From contig NIVC01002459.1 of assembly GCA_002269645.1 (NCBI GenBank), positions 62,001-126,000 of the forward strand: a stretch of DNA of 64,000 nucleotides, in the 5' to 3' direction. Each line of letters starts with the position of its first letter. Position 1 is the stretch's first letter. Source of the DNA: Macrostomum lignano. Taxonomy: Eukaryota. Shown piece by piece: positions 47,479 through 64,000 of this stretch. The position numbers and the translations under genes are program-made. The notes beneath the pieces were generated by a model. It searched no databases and was not told the DNA's origin. It worked only from the letters and a program-made list of their open reading frames with translations.

Positions 47479-47627
47479 AATCGCGTTGCGCTCCAACTAA
47501 ATGCGTACAATTCAATACCTCTTATTGACAGCAAAGTCAGGAATATTCACTTCCTAATATAGTCTCAGTTGAAGCAAAACATTTCCTGTTGAAATATTTG
47601 ATCCTCAATAGGTGCAACTAATCAACG

Positions 47628-48075
47628 AATCCTCTGTACATCTAATCATCTATACAATCATTCATCTGTACATCTAATCATCTATACAATCATTCATCTG
47701 TACATCTAATCATCTATACAATCATTCATCTGTACATCTAATCATCTATACAATCATTCATCTGTACATCTAATCATCTATACAATCATTCATCTGTACA
47801 TCTAATCAGCTATGCAATCATTCATCGATAAATCTAGTCATCTATGCAATCATTCATCGATAAATCTAGTCATCTATGCAATCATTCATCTGTACATCTA
47901 ATCATCTATGCAATCATTCATCGATAAATCTAGTCATCTATGCAATCATTCATCGATAAATCTAGTCTTCTATGCTATTATTCATCTGTACATCCAATCA
48001 TCTATGCAATCATTCATCTGTACATCCAATCATCTATGCAATCATTCATCTGTAGATCTAATCATCTCCGCAATC
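47628..48075. repeat. 32-bp minisatellite (ACATCTAATCATCTATGCAATCATTCATCTGT)n
   Basis: Period 32 read directly. Confidence 0.93.
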
Positions 48076-48600
48076 ATCCATCCGTTGTCGAATCATTTAT
48101 CCAATTATACATGGGTAAATCTAATCTTTTTCTCCCAGTTAGGGAAGCAGCAAATAAGGGGATAAAACAGTTTTTTACATCTAGCGCCAAGGCATGATTG
48201 CAATTAGTGCTGGTCACGCTTATGCCCGGGGAAAACTTACTCAAACAGACTCAAACTACGGCATGCTAGAGTGGCTGTGCACCGGATTGCCATTCTAGCT
48301 ACTTCGTATTGTGTGTTGTTTTCCAACCATGCCAGTACTAGAAATCTTATTAAAATATTTTAGTACAATGGAAAAGTCAATCCATCTGCAACGCCAAGGA
48401 CCAGAATGCCAAGGACCTCTGCATACTGGTGGACTGGAAACATGGCTGAATCTACCCAAAACCCTTCTAGTTGCGAGTTCACGTTTGTGACAAAGTGGAT
48501 CAACAAACTATTATCTTTGGACTGTACCCTTTCAAAGGCGTTCTAACAAGTTTAAAATTTGAACATTTTCTAACACTTTCTCGAAAATATGTTTAGGATA

Positions 48601-49478
48601 GTAATAATCCCAATCCCGATTCCCATAATCCCAATCCCGATTCCCATAATCCCAATCCCGATTCCCACTATCCCAATCCCGATTCCCATAATCCCAATCC
48701 CGATTCCCATAATCCCAATCCCGATTCCCATAATCCCAATCCCGATTCCCATAATCTCAATCCCGATTCCCATAATCTTAATCCCGATTCCCATAATCCC
48801 AATCCCGATTCCCACTATCCCAATCCCGATTCCCACTATCCCAATCCCGATTTCCATAATCCCAATCCCGATTCCCATAATCCCAATCCCGATTCCCACT
48901 ATCCCAATCCCGATTCCCATAATCCCAATCCCGATTCCCATAATCCCAATCCCGATTCCCACTATCCCAATCCCGATTCCCATAATCCCAATCCCGATTC
49001 CCATAATCCCAATCCCGATTCCCACTATCCCAATCCCGATTCCCATAATCCCAATCCCGATTCCCATAATCCCAATCCCGATTCCCACTATCCCAATCCC
49101 GATTCCCATAATCCCAATCCCGATTCCCACTATCCCAATCCCGATTCCCATAATCCCAATCCCGATTCCCACTATCCCAATCCCGATTCCCACTATCCCA
49201 ATCCCGATTCCCATAATCCCAATCCCGATTCCCATAATCCCAATCCCGATTCCCACTATCCCAATCCCGATTCCCATAATCCCAATCCCGATTCTCATAA
49301 TCCCAATCCCGATTCCCATAATCCCAATCCCGATTCCCACTATCCCAATCCCGATTCCCATAATCCCAATCCCGATTCTCATAATCCCAATCCCGATTCC
49401 CACCATACCAATCCCGATTCTCATAATCCCAATCCCGATTCTCATAATCCCAATCCTGATTCCCATAATCCCAATCCC
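48601..49478. repeat. 21-bp minisatellite (ATCCCAATCCCGATTCCCATA)n
   Basis: Read directly. Confidence 0.96.
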
Positions 49479-50164
49479 ACTAATCGCCTACTCCCTACCC
49501 CTGTCCAGGTATCGCAGAGGTCCATGGCTCACAGGAGCAGCCCCCATACCGGATGGGCCACAGCCCCACCAGAGGCAGTAAAAACGACCACCCACCCCAT
49601 CCGCAATTCAATTTCGTTAGTCGCCCCGCAGACTGCACACGCAGTCGCTCAGCCTGGCAACCCGCCGCCCTCACACTAGATGCCCGCCACCCCAGTCAAC
49701 TCGTATTCATAATGAATAATTCATAACTCTTTAACAGCGGGCAACTCTAGTGAGGAAGCTGACAGTTTTAACAGAGAAGATGAAGCAGAGCGGAGCCTCG
49801 CTACGCAGAATCTTCCTGTTGTTGCTTCTCAAGCCGCAAGTAATTGTAAGATCTGTTTGCTGAAAATCTCTTTAAATAGAATCGTTTACCTTCGCCATAC
49901 AGGCTTTGAAATTGTAGTGCACAACTGAAGTGCATGTAAACAGGCAGAATGTGCTTATAATCGAGTCGCAGCTTTAACTGCCGAAATTATGAAGTGTGAT
50001 TGACTAAAGAGATTTGAGTGGATACTGAATTGCTGTTTGTACAGCCCAAGGTTGCTGTTGGCAGAAAAAGTGGGCTGCTGAACTTCATGACGGAAATTTG
50101 CGCAGAATGGGTTTAAAATAATTTCTGTCACAGCGCTGAAAGAAAAGTTGAAAAGTTGGATCGG

Positions 50165-50835
50165 CTTTTAGGGGAACTGGGGATGGCTTCCGAGGCGGAA
50201 CTGGGGATGGCTTCCGAGGCGGAACTAGGGATGGCTTCCGAGAGGGAACTAGGGATGGCTTCCGAGAGGGAACTAGGGATGGCTTCCGAGGCGGAACTGG
50301 GGATGGCTTCCGAGGCGGAACTAGGGATGGCTTCCGAGAGGGAACTGGGGATGGCTTCCGAGGGGGAACTGGGATGGCTTCCGAGGGGAAACTGGGATGG
50401 CTTCCGAGGGGAAACTGGGATGGCTTCCGAGGGGGAACTGGGATAGCTTCCGATGGGAAACTGGGATGGCTTCCGAGGGGGAACTGGGATGGCTTTCGAG
50501 GCGGAACTGGGAATGGCTTCCGAGGGCTTCTGAGGCGGAACTGTGGATGGCCTCCAAAGGGGGAACCAGGGATGGCTTCCGAGGTGGAACTGGGGATGGC
50601 TTCCGATGTGGAACTGGGGATGGCTTCCAAAACGGAACTTGGGATGGCTTCCGAGGGCTTCCAAGAGGGAACTGGGGATGGCTTCCGAGGGCTTCCGAGA
50701 GGGAACTTGGGATGGCTTCCGAGGGCTTCTGAGGCGGAACTGTGGATGGCTTCCAAAGGGGGAACCAGGGATGGCTTCCGAGGTGGAACTGGGGATAGCT
50801 TCCGAGGGGGGACTGGGGAGGTCTTCCGAGAGGGA
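50165..50835. repeat. About 24-bp minisatellite (GGGGATGGCTTCCGAGGCGGAACT)n
   Basis: Read directly. Confidence 0.92.
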
Positions 50836-51184
50836 ACCGGGATGGGTTCAGAATGGGAACTGGTTTTCAGAAAAACTGGAACAGAGGTTTTTGGCTTTTA
50901 CGGAAAATTTTACAGGGTTTAAAACGGGGAACTAAGAAAATTTAAGCAACGCTTTGAAGCGGAAGCAAAAATGTAGATATCGACTTTTATTATGAGCTGA
51001 AACTTGTCAAAAGTAAGAGTCAAAATAAGTTCAATAACGCAATTTATTTGTTTAATTTATAAATTCATCGTATTATCCTATGAAAATCACATTGCCTTGA
51101 AACAAAAATATTTTTTCTGAGTGCAATCTTAATACAATTAATAGAGGCTAACCAAGTTGAATTTAATTCATACAATAAACTGAT

Positions 51185-52335
51185 TGGGATAATGGGAATC
51201 GGATTGAGATTATGGGAATCGGGATTGAGATAGTGAGAATAAGGATTGGGATCATGGGAATCAGGATTGAGATAGTAGTGAGAATAAGGATTGGGATTAT
51301 GGGAATCGGGATTGAGATAGTGAGAATAAGGATTGGGATCATGGGAATCAGGATTGAGATAGTAGTGAGAATAAGGATTGGGATTATGGGAATCGGGATT
51401 GAGATAGTGAGAATAAGGATTGGGATCATGGGAATCGGGATTGAGATAGTGAGAATAAGGATTGGGATCATGGGAATCGGGATTGAGATAGTGAGAATAA
51501 GGATTGGGATTATGGGAATCGGGATTGAGATAGTGAGAATAAGGATTGGGATCATGGGAATCGGGATTGAGATAGTGAGAATAAGGATTGGGATTATGGG
51601 AATCGGGATTGAGATAGTGAGAATAAGGATTGGGATCATGGGAATCAGGATTGAGATAGTAGTGAGAATAAGGATTGGGATTATGGGAATCAGGATTGAG
51701 ATAGTAGTGAGAATAAGGATTGGGATTATGGGAATCGGGATTGAGATAGTGAGAATAAGGATTGGGATCATGGGAATCGGGATTGAGATAGTGAGAATAA
51801 GGATTGGGATTATGGGAATCGGGATTGAGATAGTGAGAATAAGGATTGGGATCATGGGAATCAGGATTGAGATAGTGAGAATAAGGATTGGGATTATGGG
51901 AATCAGGATTGAGATAGTGAGAATAAGGATTGGGATTATGGGAATCGGGATTGGGATAGTGAGAATAAGGATTGGGATTATGGGAATCGGGATTGAGATA
52001 GTGAGAATAAGGATTGGGATCATAGGAATCAGGATTGAGATAGTAGTGAGAATAAGGATTGGGATTATGGGAATCAGGATTGAGATAGTAGTGAGAATAA
52101 GGATTGGGATTATGGGAATCAGGATTGAGATAGTGAGAATAAGGATTGGGATTATGGGAATCGGGATTGGGATAGTGAGAATAAGGATTGGGATTATGGG
52201 AATCGGGATTGAGATAGTGAGAATAAGGATTGGGAATCAGGATTGAGATAGTGAGAATAAGGATTGGGATCATGGGAATCAGGATTGAGATTATGGGAAT
52301 CGGGATTGGGATTATGGGAATCGGAATGATGATTA
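51185..52335. repeat. 42-bp dimeric minisatellite (GGATTGGGATTATGGGAATCG + GGATTGAGATAGTGAGAATAA)n
   Basis: Read directly; reverse-complement relative of the 48601 array. Confidence 0.95.
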
Positions 52336-52449
52336 TGAGCAATCCTGATTGGAATTATGGGAATTGACAGTGTCGAGAGCATGCCAGTTATCACACACAA
52401 CTTGTAGCTCACGCAACAAAGCGTAAAACCGGGATGACGTCACGAAGAA

Positions 52450-54034
52450 TCAGTGAGCATTCAACCGCAAGTCTGGCTCTGAGCAGCCCCACTTTTTCAC
52501 CTCGACGGGCTGCAAAGGAATGCCATCAGCTTTCTGTTCGGTGAGCTGTCTGTTGACGCTGGCCATCAGCTCATTCAGCATCACGGGTCGGTGAGCTTCA
52601 ATTTGAGCCTCGGCGTACCCACACAGATAGTGGATAAAGAATGAGCCCAGATCACCACTGCGCATGGCTTTGTAAGAAGGCAGGGTGGCATAGCACTGGT
52701 ACACCTCAGTGTAGCTTCTGTTCATCTGCAAATGCCCAGCTGGAGTTCCCGGCTGCGACTGCTCCTGCGACGGTCCGTCAGTGTAGAAGTTCACAAATTC
52801 GCCGCGACAGAATTGAAACACGAACAGCTTCGGTTGGCGACTGAACATTGGCTGCGAGCACGTCAGGTTCACTAGATCCGTGATGCAGTGCAGAGTCTGG
52901 TTATCTGCAGTCAGCACATCGTGCGCATCTTTCCCGTGGCCCATCACGAACATGACGAAGCTGGTGTACGCACCAGCGCCAAACTCGTCGAAGCATTCGT
53001 CACGAAAGTCGATGCACTTCTCACGAGTCATTAGCAGGTCGGGCTCGTCAGTAGTATTGGGACTGCGTAAAATCTGATAGCCGAGCTTCTTGAACACCCG
53101 AGATATGTTCTCCACGTCACGTGCGCTGCCTTGGCGCCTGTGGAATTGTGTAGGCGCATCGGCTTGCTCGTAGCGGTCAATGTTGAGTATGCAGCATAGG
53201 CCAACAGGCCTAGCAGCTGGACTTGGCGCCGGATGTACTGGCCTTAATTCAGCTGATGGCGGCTCGGCATCGTCTGTAATTAAAAATCGGAAAGTAAATA
53301 AAAACTAATTTTAACAAATTTAAATATTTACTTTTATGTACGCGAATGTGCATTGCGAAAAGAGAGGTGATTATTAGATTTTAAGCATCAAGACTTAAAA
53401 ATTACGACAGGTTGCTATTTATAGTATCAACATTTCAAAAATGACGACAGGTTGCTATTTATAGTATCAACATTTCAAAAATGACGTCAGGTTGCTATTT
53501 ATAGTATCAACATTTCAAAATGACGTCAGGTTGCTATTTATAGTATCAACATTTCAAAATGACGTCAGGTTGCTATTTATAGTATCAACATTTCATAATG
53601 ACAAAGTGACAAAGCTTCACAATGACGTCATCAGGTACCTATGACGAAATATGTTTACGTGAGTCACTTAGCCAATGTCTACTAACAACATGTTTAAGCA
53701 AAGACAGCATACCAGTTTGAAGGACGCGACGTACGAATTCGACAACCGTCTGGTGCGGCGACTCCCGGTAGTGGATGGATAACAGAAGAAGCATGGCTGA
53801 GGAGCAGGGGTAGGCTTGCACAAGATCGGTATTCCGTCTGGTCCACCAGGGTTGCATAGCCAGACTGCGCCGAAGCCGCCGGCAGCAGACGGTTTCGTCG
53901 TAGGGGGCCAGCGCCTTGTACAGGTCCAGATGGCGCCGCAGCAGGCGGGGAGGCGCTACCTCTGTTGAGCTGCAAAAATAAAGTGTCAAAACTCATTCTA
54001 AAAAGTTTAACGCCAGGGATACAAACAGACAGGC

Positions 54035-54103
<69 letters not shown>

Positions 54104-54122
54104 GTCAGGCAGACAGTAAGGC

Positions 54123-54183
<61 letters not shown>

Positions 54184-54202
54184 GTCAGGCAGACAGTAAG
54201 GC

Positions 54203-54259
<57 letters not shown>

Positions 54260-54278
54260 GTCAGGCAGACAGTAAGGC

Positions 54279-54335
<57 letters not shown>

Positions 54336-54374
54336 GTCAGGCAGACAGTAAGGCAGACAGACAGACAGACAGGC

Positions 54375-54407
<33 letters not shown>

Positions 54408-54791
54408 GTAAGGCAGACAGACAGACAGACACATCATTCACCACTCAGCGGAGCAATCGGCCTGGCGCAGCAGGGCGGCTGGAAACTCGGCGCCCAGCGC
54501 CTGCAGCACTTCGGCCAGGAGCCTGACAGCTTTGCTACCGTCCGCGCCACCGTCCAGCTGTTCAACGAGAATCCGGCGCAGTTCGGGCCAGCCGTTGGCG
54601 ACCAACCGACGCCAGAAGTCGAACCGGCGAGGCAACTGCGGGCAGCTGCCGGCAAGAAGGAAGGCGGCATCTTCAATGCTGCCAAGAAGAGCGGAGCTGC
54701 AGAACAGCTGGTTGAGGCATGGCGAGTCCAGCAGGCTGCGCGCTTCCGTCTGGGCCACCGGCACCGAGTCCGCAAAGGGTGCCTGGTTCAT
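52450..54791 (-). CDS. Long-prodomain caspase (peptidase C14), about 476 aa. Exons 54791-54442, 53969-53713, 53273-52450; the 5' end may extend further.
   Basis: p20 GLCCILNID...RQGSARDVENISRVFKKLGY; catalytic dyad MGHG and QFCRG (in KLFVFQFCRG); linker YTDG; p10 YATLPSYKAMRSGDLGSFFIHYLC. Splice phases 2/2 and 1/1 are consistent. Two helical N-terminal exons, the second CARD-like. Confidence 0.85.
53408..53598. repeat. 40-bp tandem repeat, about 4.5 copies, caspase intron 2
   Basis: CAGGTTGCTATTTATAGTATCAACATTTCAAAAATGACGT. Confidence 0.92.
54022..54432. repeat. (CAGA)n compound microsatellite, caspase intron 1
   Basis: Interrupted by CAGTCAGGCAGACAGTAAGG. Confidence 0.93.
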
Positions 54792-54869
54792 TCCGCGGCT
54801 CCGAGCTGCAGCTGCATCAAGATATGCACTCGGGCTTGTGACTTCGGGAGAGGATCTAGGGAACGCTGT

Positions 54870-55750
54870 GGCCCAGCAACTGAGGATCTGGGCTGGCCCA
54901 GCAACTGGGGATTTGGGAGGCTGACCCAGTAACTGAGGATCTGGGAGGCTGGCCCAGCAACTGAGGAGCTGGGAGGCTGACCTAGCAACTGACACTCTGG
55001 GAGGCTGGCTAGCAACTGAGGATCTGGGAGGCTGGCTAGCAACTGAGGATCTGGGAGGCTGGCTAGCAACTGACACTCTGGGAGGCTGACCCAGCAACTG
55101 ACACTCTGGGAGGCTGGCCCAGCAACTGAGGATCTGGGAGGCTGGCTCAGCAACTGAGGATCTGGGAGGCTGGCTCAGCAACTGAGGAGCTGGGAGGCTG
55201 GCTCAGCAACTGAGGAGCTGGGAGGCTGGCTCAGCAACTGAGGATCTGGGAGGCTGGCCTAGCAACTGAGGAGCTGGGAGGCTGGCTCAGCAACTGAGGA
55301 GCTGGGAAGCTGGCTCAGCAACTGAGGAGCTGGGAGGCTGGCTCAGCAACTGAGGAGCTGGGAGGCTGGCTCAGCAACTGAGGATCTGGGAGGCTGGCCT
55401 AGCAACTGAGGAGCTGGGAGGCTGACCTAGCAACTGACACTCTGGGAGGCTGGCTAGCAACTGACACTCTGGGAGGCTGGCTCAGCAACTGAGGATCTGG
55501 GAGGCTGGCCCAGTAACTGAGGATCTGGGAGGCTGGCCCAGCAACTGAGGAGCTGGGAGGCTGACCTAGCAACTGACACTCTGGGAGGCTGGCTAGCAAC
55601 TGAGGATCTGGGAGGCTGACCCAGCAACTGACACTCTGGGAGGCTGGCCCAGCAACTGAGGAGCTGGGAGGCTGACCCAGCAAGTGACACTCTGGGAGTC
55701 TGGCCCAGCAACTGAGGACCTGGGAGGCTGGCCCAGTAACCGAGGATCTG
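54870..55750. repeat. 27-28-bp minisatellite (GGCTCAGCAACTGAGGATCTGGGAGGCT)n, 5' of the caspase ORF
   Basis: Read directly. Confidence 0.93.
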
Positions 55751-56134
55751 AGTCGCGTTAAAGAGCAATTGATGAGACAGAAGATAATGACAGGCCATCC
55801 GTACTAACAATTACAAATGTCTGCTTTTTGTCAGTAAGAACTAAGTCAGGAAGTCATACAAGATTTTCGGCCATTTCTGCTCGTAAGCGGACTGCATATG
55901 CACACGTTAAAATGTGTATTTTGCTCAGAAAATATATAAAGGCTGGCATCCCTGGGTGCCGCTCTTGCAAATAATAGCTCATAATCCTCAGTAAAACTGA
56001 TTACAAGTACTTTACTGTGCGACATCTTGTGTGAGTCCACTGATTGGGACTTGACCCCGGCACCTGCGTATCATGGGCTGTAAATGTACCTTTATTAGAC
56101 TGGGCCGCGTGACACCGAAGGCAGACATGCGCAC

Positions 56135-56162
56135 GGACAGACAGAGAGACAGAGAGACAGAC

Positions 56163-56203
<41 letters not shown>

Positions 56204-56230
56204 CTAAGACAGACAGACACTAAGACAGGC

Positions 56231-56291
<61 letters not shown>

Positions 56292-56374
56292 CCCACTAAG
56301 ACAGACAGGCAGGCAGGCAGACAGACAGACAGACAGACAGACAGACACCCACTAAGACAGACAGGCAGGCAGGC

Positions 56375-56435
<61 letters not shown>

Positions 56436-56438
56436 CTA

Positions 56439-56479
<41 letters not shown>

Positions 56480-56550
56480 CCCACTAAGACAGACAGGCAG
56501 GCAGGCAGACAGACAGACAGACAGACAGACACTAAGACAGACAGACAGAA

Positions 56551-56587
<37 letters not shown>

Positions 56588-56682
56588 GCCAGACAGACAG
56601 GCAGACAGACAGACAGACAGACAGACAGACAGGCAGGCAGACAGACAGACAGACAGACAGACACTAAGACAGACAGACAGAA

Positions 56683-56715
<33 letters not shown>

Positions 56716-56785
56716 GCCAGACAGACAGGCAGACAGACAGACAGACAGGCAGACAGCCAGGCAGACAGACAGACAGGCAGGCAAC
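56135..56785. repeat. (CAGA)n microsatellite with CACTAAGA interruptions (TCTTAGTG on the minus strand)
   Basis: Read directly. Confidence 0.93.
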
Positions 56786-57659
56786 ACAAACAAGACAGGA
56801 AAAGCATGATGCAGCATGGAGCTGGCAATGCAAGCAGAAGCAAACAAAATAAAGTACAAATGTCCCGAAACTGACAGCAGCGAGTATGAAATGAAGAGTG
56901 CAATTTAGTTGGCAGTTGGGCGGGGCTAAAACACTGAATTTAATAAGTAGCAGAAAAAAGAATATTCACAAGTGAAAACATACGTGTCAGCATATGCGGA
57001 TACGCAGTTACGGCCGGTGCACAGGTGCCAGACATGCCATATCTACAGTACAACAATATATTTCTATGTAATCCGTCATTGAAGACCGATATATATACTT
57101 TAGTGAATGTTTAGAGAAAAGCAAAAATAGCTAGCATAGGCTCGGCAGACTAGTATGAGTAGTATTCGCGGGACACCAAACCAGCTAGCGGTGGAAAGTA
57201 AAAATAATCTCAATTAGGTGCTCAATACGTATTGCTCAGAGAGCAGCTCAAACGCGACTGTGCTACTCGAGCAGGTAAGTAGTATAAGTTGAGTTACAAT
57301 GCCTTAATCTTTTAGGCATTAAAAAATGAAAGAACAAAAAACATATTGATTTCAAATACAGCAAAGGAAAGCAAAACACAGTTCTGAATAAATGTTTAAA
57401 GCAAATATGGTTGCAAGAGGGATTGTTAAACTGCCTCTTGCTAACTCACAGTACTTATTGTGGATATAAACAAATAATTTTCGGATCTTCTGCAATTTAA
57501 AGAAGCAAGACGTCAAGCAGAGCAAAACAGACAGACATCAAACAGACATATTCCGGCCATAGAGATCCGTGTTTTATATATTCATATCTCTAGGATTTCT
57601 CCATCATCATTTTTCTTCTTAATCCCCTGCTGATACAGCCCTATCCCATCTTTTCCGCC

Positions 57660-57980
57660 CTCTACCTCTTCTCTTCCGCCCTCTCCCACCTCTCTTCCGC
57701 CCTCTCCCTCCTCTCTTCCGCCTCTTTTCCGCCCTCTCCCTCCTCTCTTCCGCCTCTTTTCCGCCCTCTCCCTCCTCTCTTCCGCCCGCTCCCTCCTCTC
57801 TTCCGCCCTCTTCCGCCTCTTTTCCGCCCTCTCCCTCCTCTCTTGCGCCCTCTTCCTCCTCTCTTCTGCCTTCTCCCTCCTCTCTTCCGCCCTCTTCCGC
57901 CTCTTTTCCGCCCTCTCCCTCCTCTCTTGCGCCCTCTTCCTCCTCTCTTCTGCCTTCTCCCTCCTCTCTTCCGCCCCTCC
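57660..57980. repeat. About 21-bp CT-rich repeat (CTCTTCCGCCCTCTCCCTCCT)n
   Basis: Read directly. Confidence 0.85.
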
Positions 57981-58179
57981 CTACTCACTTCTAGCCGTTC
58001 AACAGCTGTCAATCCATAGTCCAGCAACTATAATACACTCCCAATCAAAACAGGATACACAGGTAAAACGCAACAATACAAAGAATTCAAATATTAGACA
58101 TCAAATTAATCAAATTGAAATGTTACACAGTTCTGAAAGTCACAGGAAATTGGTCGTGCCGTACCATCTAGGCCTCACT

Positions 58180-62409
<4,230 letters not shown>

Positions 62410-63237
62410 TAGCTCTGTAGGCGAGCTTTAACCTCAACTAGCTAAATTTAGATATTATAGATAATTTATGCTGCAGAACTCAAGTAGCAATAAGTAGCAG
62501 AAAGCAGGTTAGCTATTGTCAAGCACTTTTTGCTACTTCAAAAAGGATTAGCACACATAGTCCTATTAAAACAAATTTTCAAATCTAATAACATCATTTT
62601 AAGAAATAAACATATCTTATTTGGCTAAATATCAGTTAAGAAGGATTTTAGTATTGTAGCATAATTAATAGGATTCAATGTGGTCAATTATTCTAAAAGC
62701 TACTTTAAAATTATTTTCAAATATATCTGGAGCTTTGACTGTAGCTAATAAAAATTTAAAAATACCTAAATAGTTTTTTAAAAGCCAAAACATAACTACC
62801 AATTACTTTGGCAATAATCTAGCAGTCATTATGGCCCCTATTATGGCCAAGGGATTTTTTTAATTCAAAAATTGATTGGCATGCTAACATACTAAAGCTT
62901 GTATGTCTGCAGCAAAGAAAAGTAAGGCTAGACATAGCTTTGTTTGGCAAATGGGCTATATTTGGTTTAGCCTAACATATTTAAAGAATTATTTGGCATC
63001 ATTTGACCCTAGGCCACAATAAGGATTTTTAGCTATATGAACAAATATAATATACAGAAATAAAATGGCAGAACATATAAATAAGTCTAATAGTATTGCC
63101 TATTTTGCTACCATTGGTTAAACAAGTTTGTTAATACCTAGCTAGTACTCTTATCCCACTATTAGTCAAATAAACTATATGTTTGACTAATATATGCAAT
63201 ATATGCAATAAATATTGGTTTGTTTAACTATAGCTTA

Positions 63238-63271
<34 letters not shown>

Positions 63272-64000
63272 AATAAATATAAATATAATTTGTTTAAATA
63301 GTTTAAATTTCATATACTAGAAGTATTTCATCTGATGGCACTATTGAAGTTGGCCTAGATAGACATTGAATTCTGGTTGTTTTACTCCCAAACCATTTTG
63401 CCCATAGTCTGTTTTGCCTATAAACCAGATTGGTTATAGGAATTTCAGCCAAAATGGTAATTATATAATTTTGAGATATAGCTATATTGTATCTTTATTT
63501 ACTTTTTCAATGCTAGTTTATAGTTTTATTGAGTAAAAAATATGATCTGATTTGTTGCTACAACAATTTTTTTTATTAGAAGCAAGGGGGTTGTATGCAC
63601 CCTGGCACACTTTAAGCAACATAGGCACATAACTGGCGAGAGGCATTACTGCCCATTCTGCCAACTCCCTTGAGCAGGCATACAAGCGTGTGGATATGTA
63701 CGCAGTCATACGCACAGGCACACACTCACACAGGAGTTATACATGCCCAACACCCGTCCAACCCATCCGAACTGGACAGGTGAAATGGCCGCTGGCCAAG
63801 GTAAGTCGCAAAATGGAAAATGCAAAAAACGAAAAAATTGGGAGAAGAAAGAAAGGAGAGGAAGAGAAAAGGAAAAGAAAGGAGGGAGAAGAGAGAGAGG
63901 GGGAAAGAGGAGAAAGAAAGAGAAAGAAAAGAAAAGAGAAAAAGGCAAGAAAAGTCATATACAAAGTGAAAATTAAGTCGCAATCGGGAGGAACTAAGTC

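Noticed and set aside
48570-52342. 298-425-aa ORFs (IGIM, PIPI, NPDSHNPNPYSHYL repeats)
   Set aside because: Stop-free translations of minisatellites with in-frame periods; there is no unique coding sequence.

Overview
Eukaryotic (metazoan) genomic DNA with GT-AG introns, GC-rich exons and about 35 different micro/minisatellite arrays. The style resembles the free-living flatworm Macrostomum, which is inference only. Genes reconstructed by hand from splice sites and phases: (1) AASS, + strand, 407-7989, 10 exons, 937 aa; (2) an intronless orphan single-TM acidic protein (- 15243-15914); (3) a 3-exon secreted peptide precursor whose ATG is split by intron 1 (- 17780-19414); (4) a decayed Sushi/CCP pseudogene (- about 20.2-21.1 kb); (5) a roughly 2600-aa receptor-like gene with Cys-rich, IPT-like, REJ, GAIN/GPS and SEA-like regions plus one TM (- 22789-36530), showing several apparent frameshifts and Gypsy and Polinton remnants in intron 1; (6) a TRAF4-like gene (- 41283-45797); (7) a long-prodomain caspase with QFCRG (- 52450-54791); (8) BTBD10/KCTD20 (- 58180-62409). 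The most striking unexplained structure is in the repeats. At least four pairs of same-family minisatellite arrays sit in inverted orientation and bracket exons or gene segments. Several intronic arrays are amplified copies of the adjacent splice junction. The big receptor gene, in contrast, has no repeat-filled introns.
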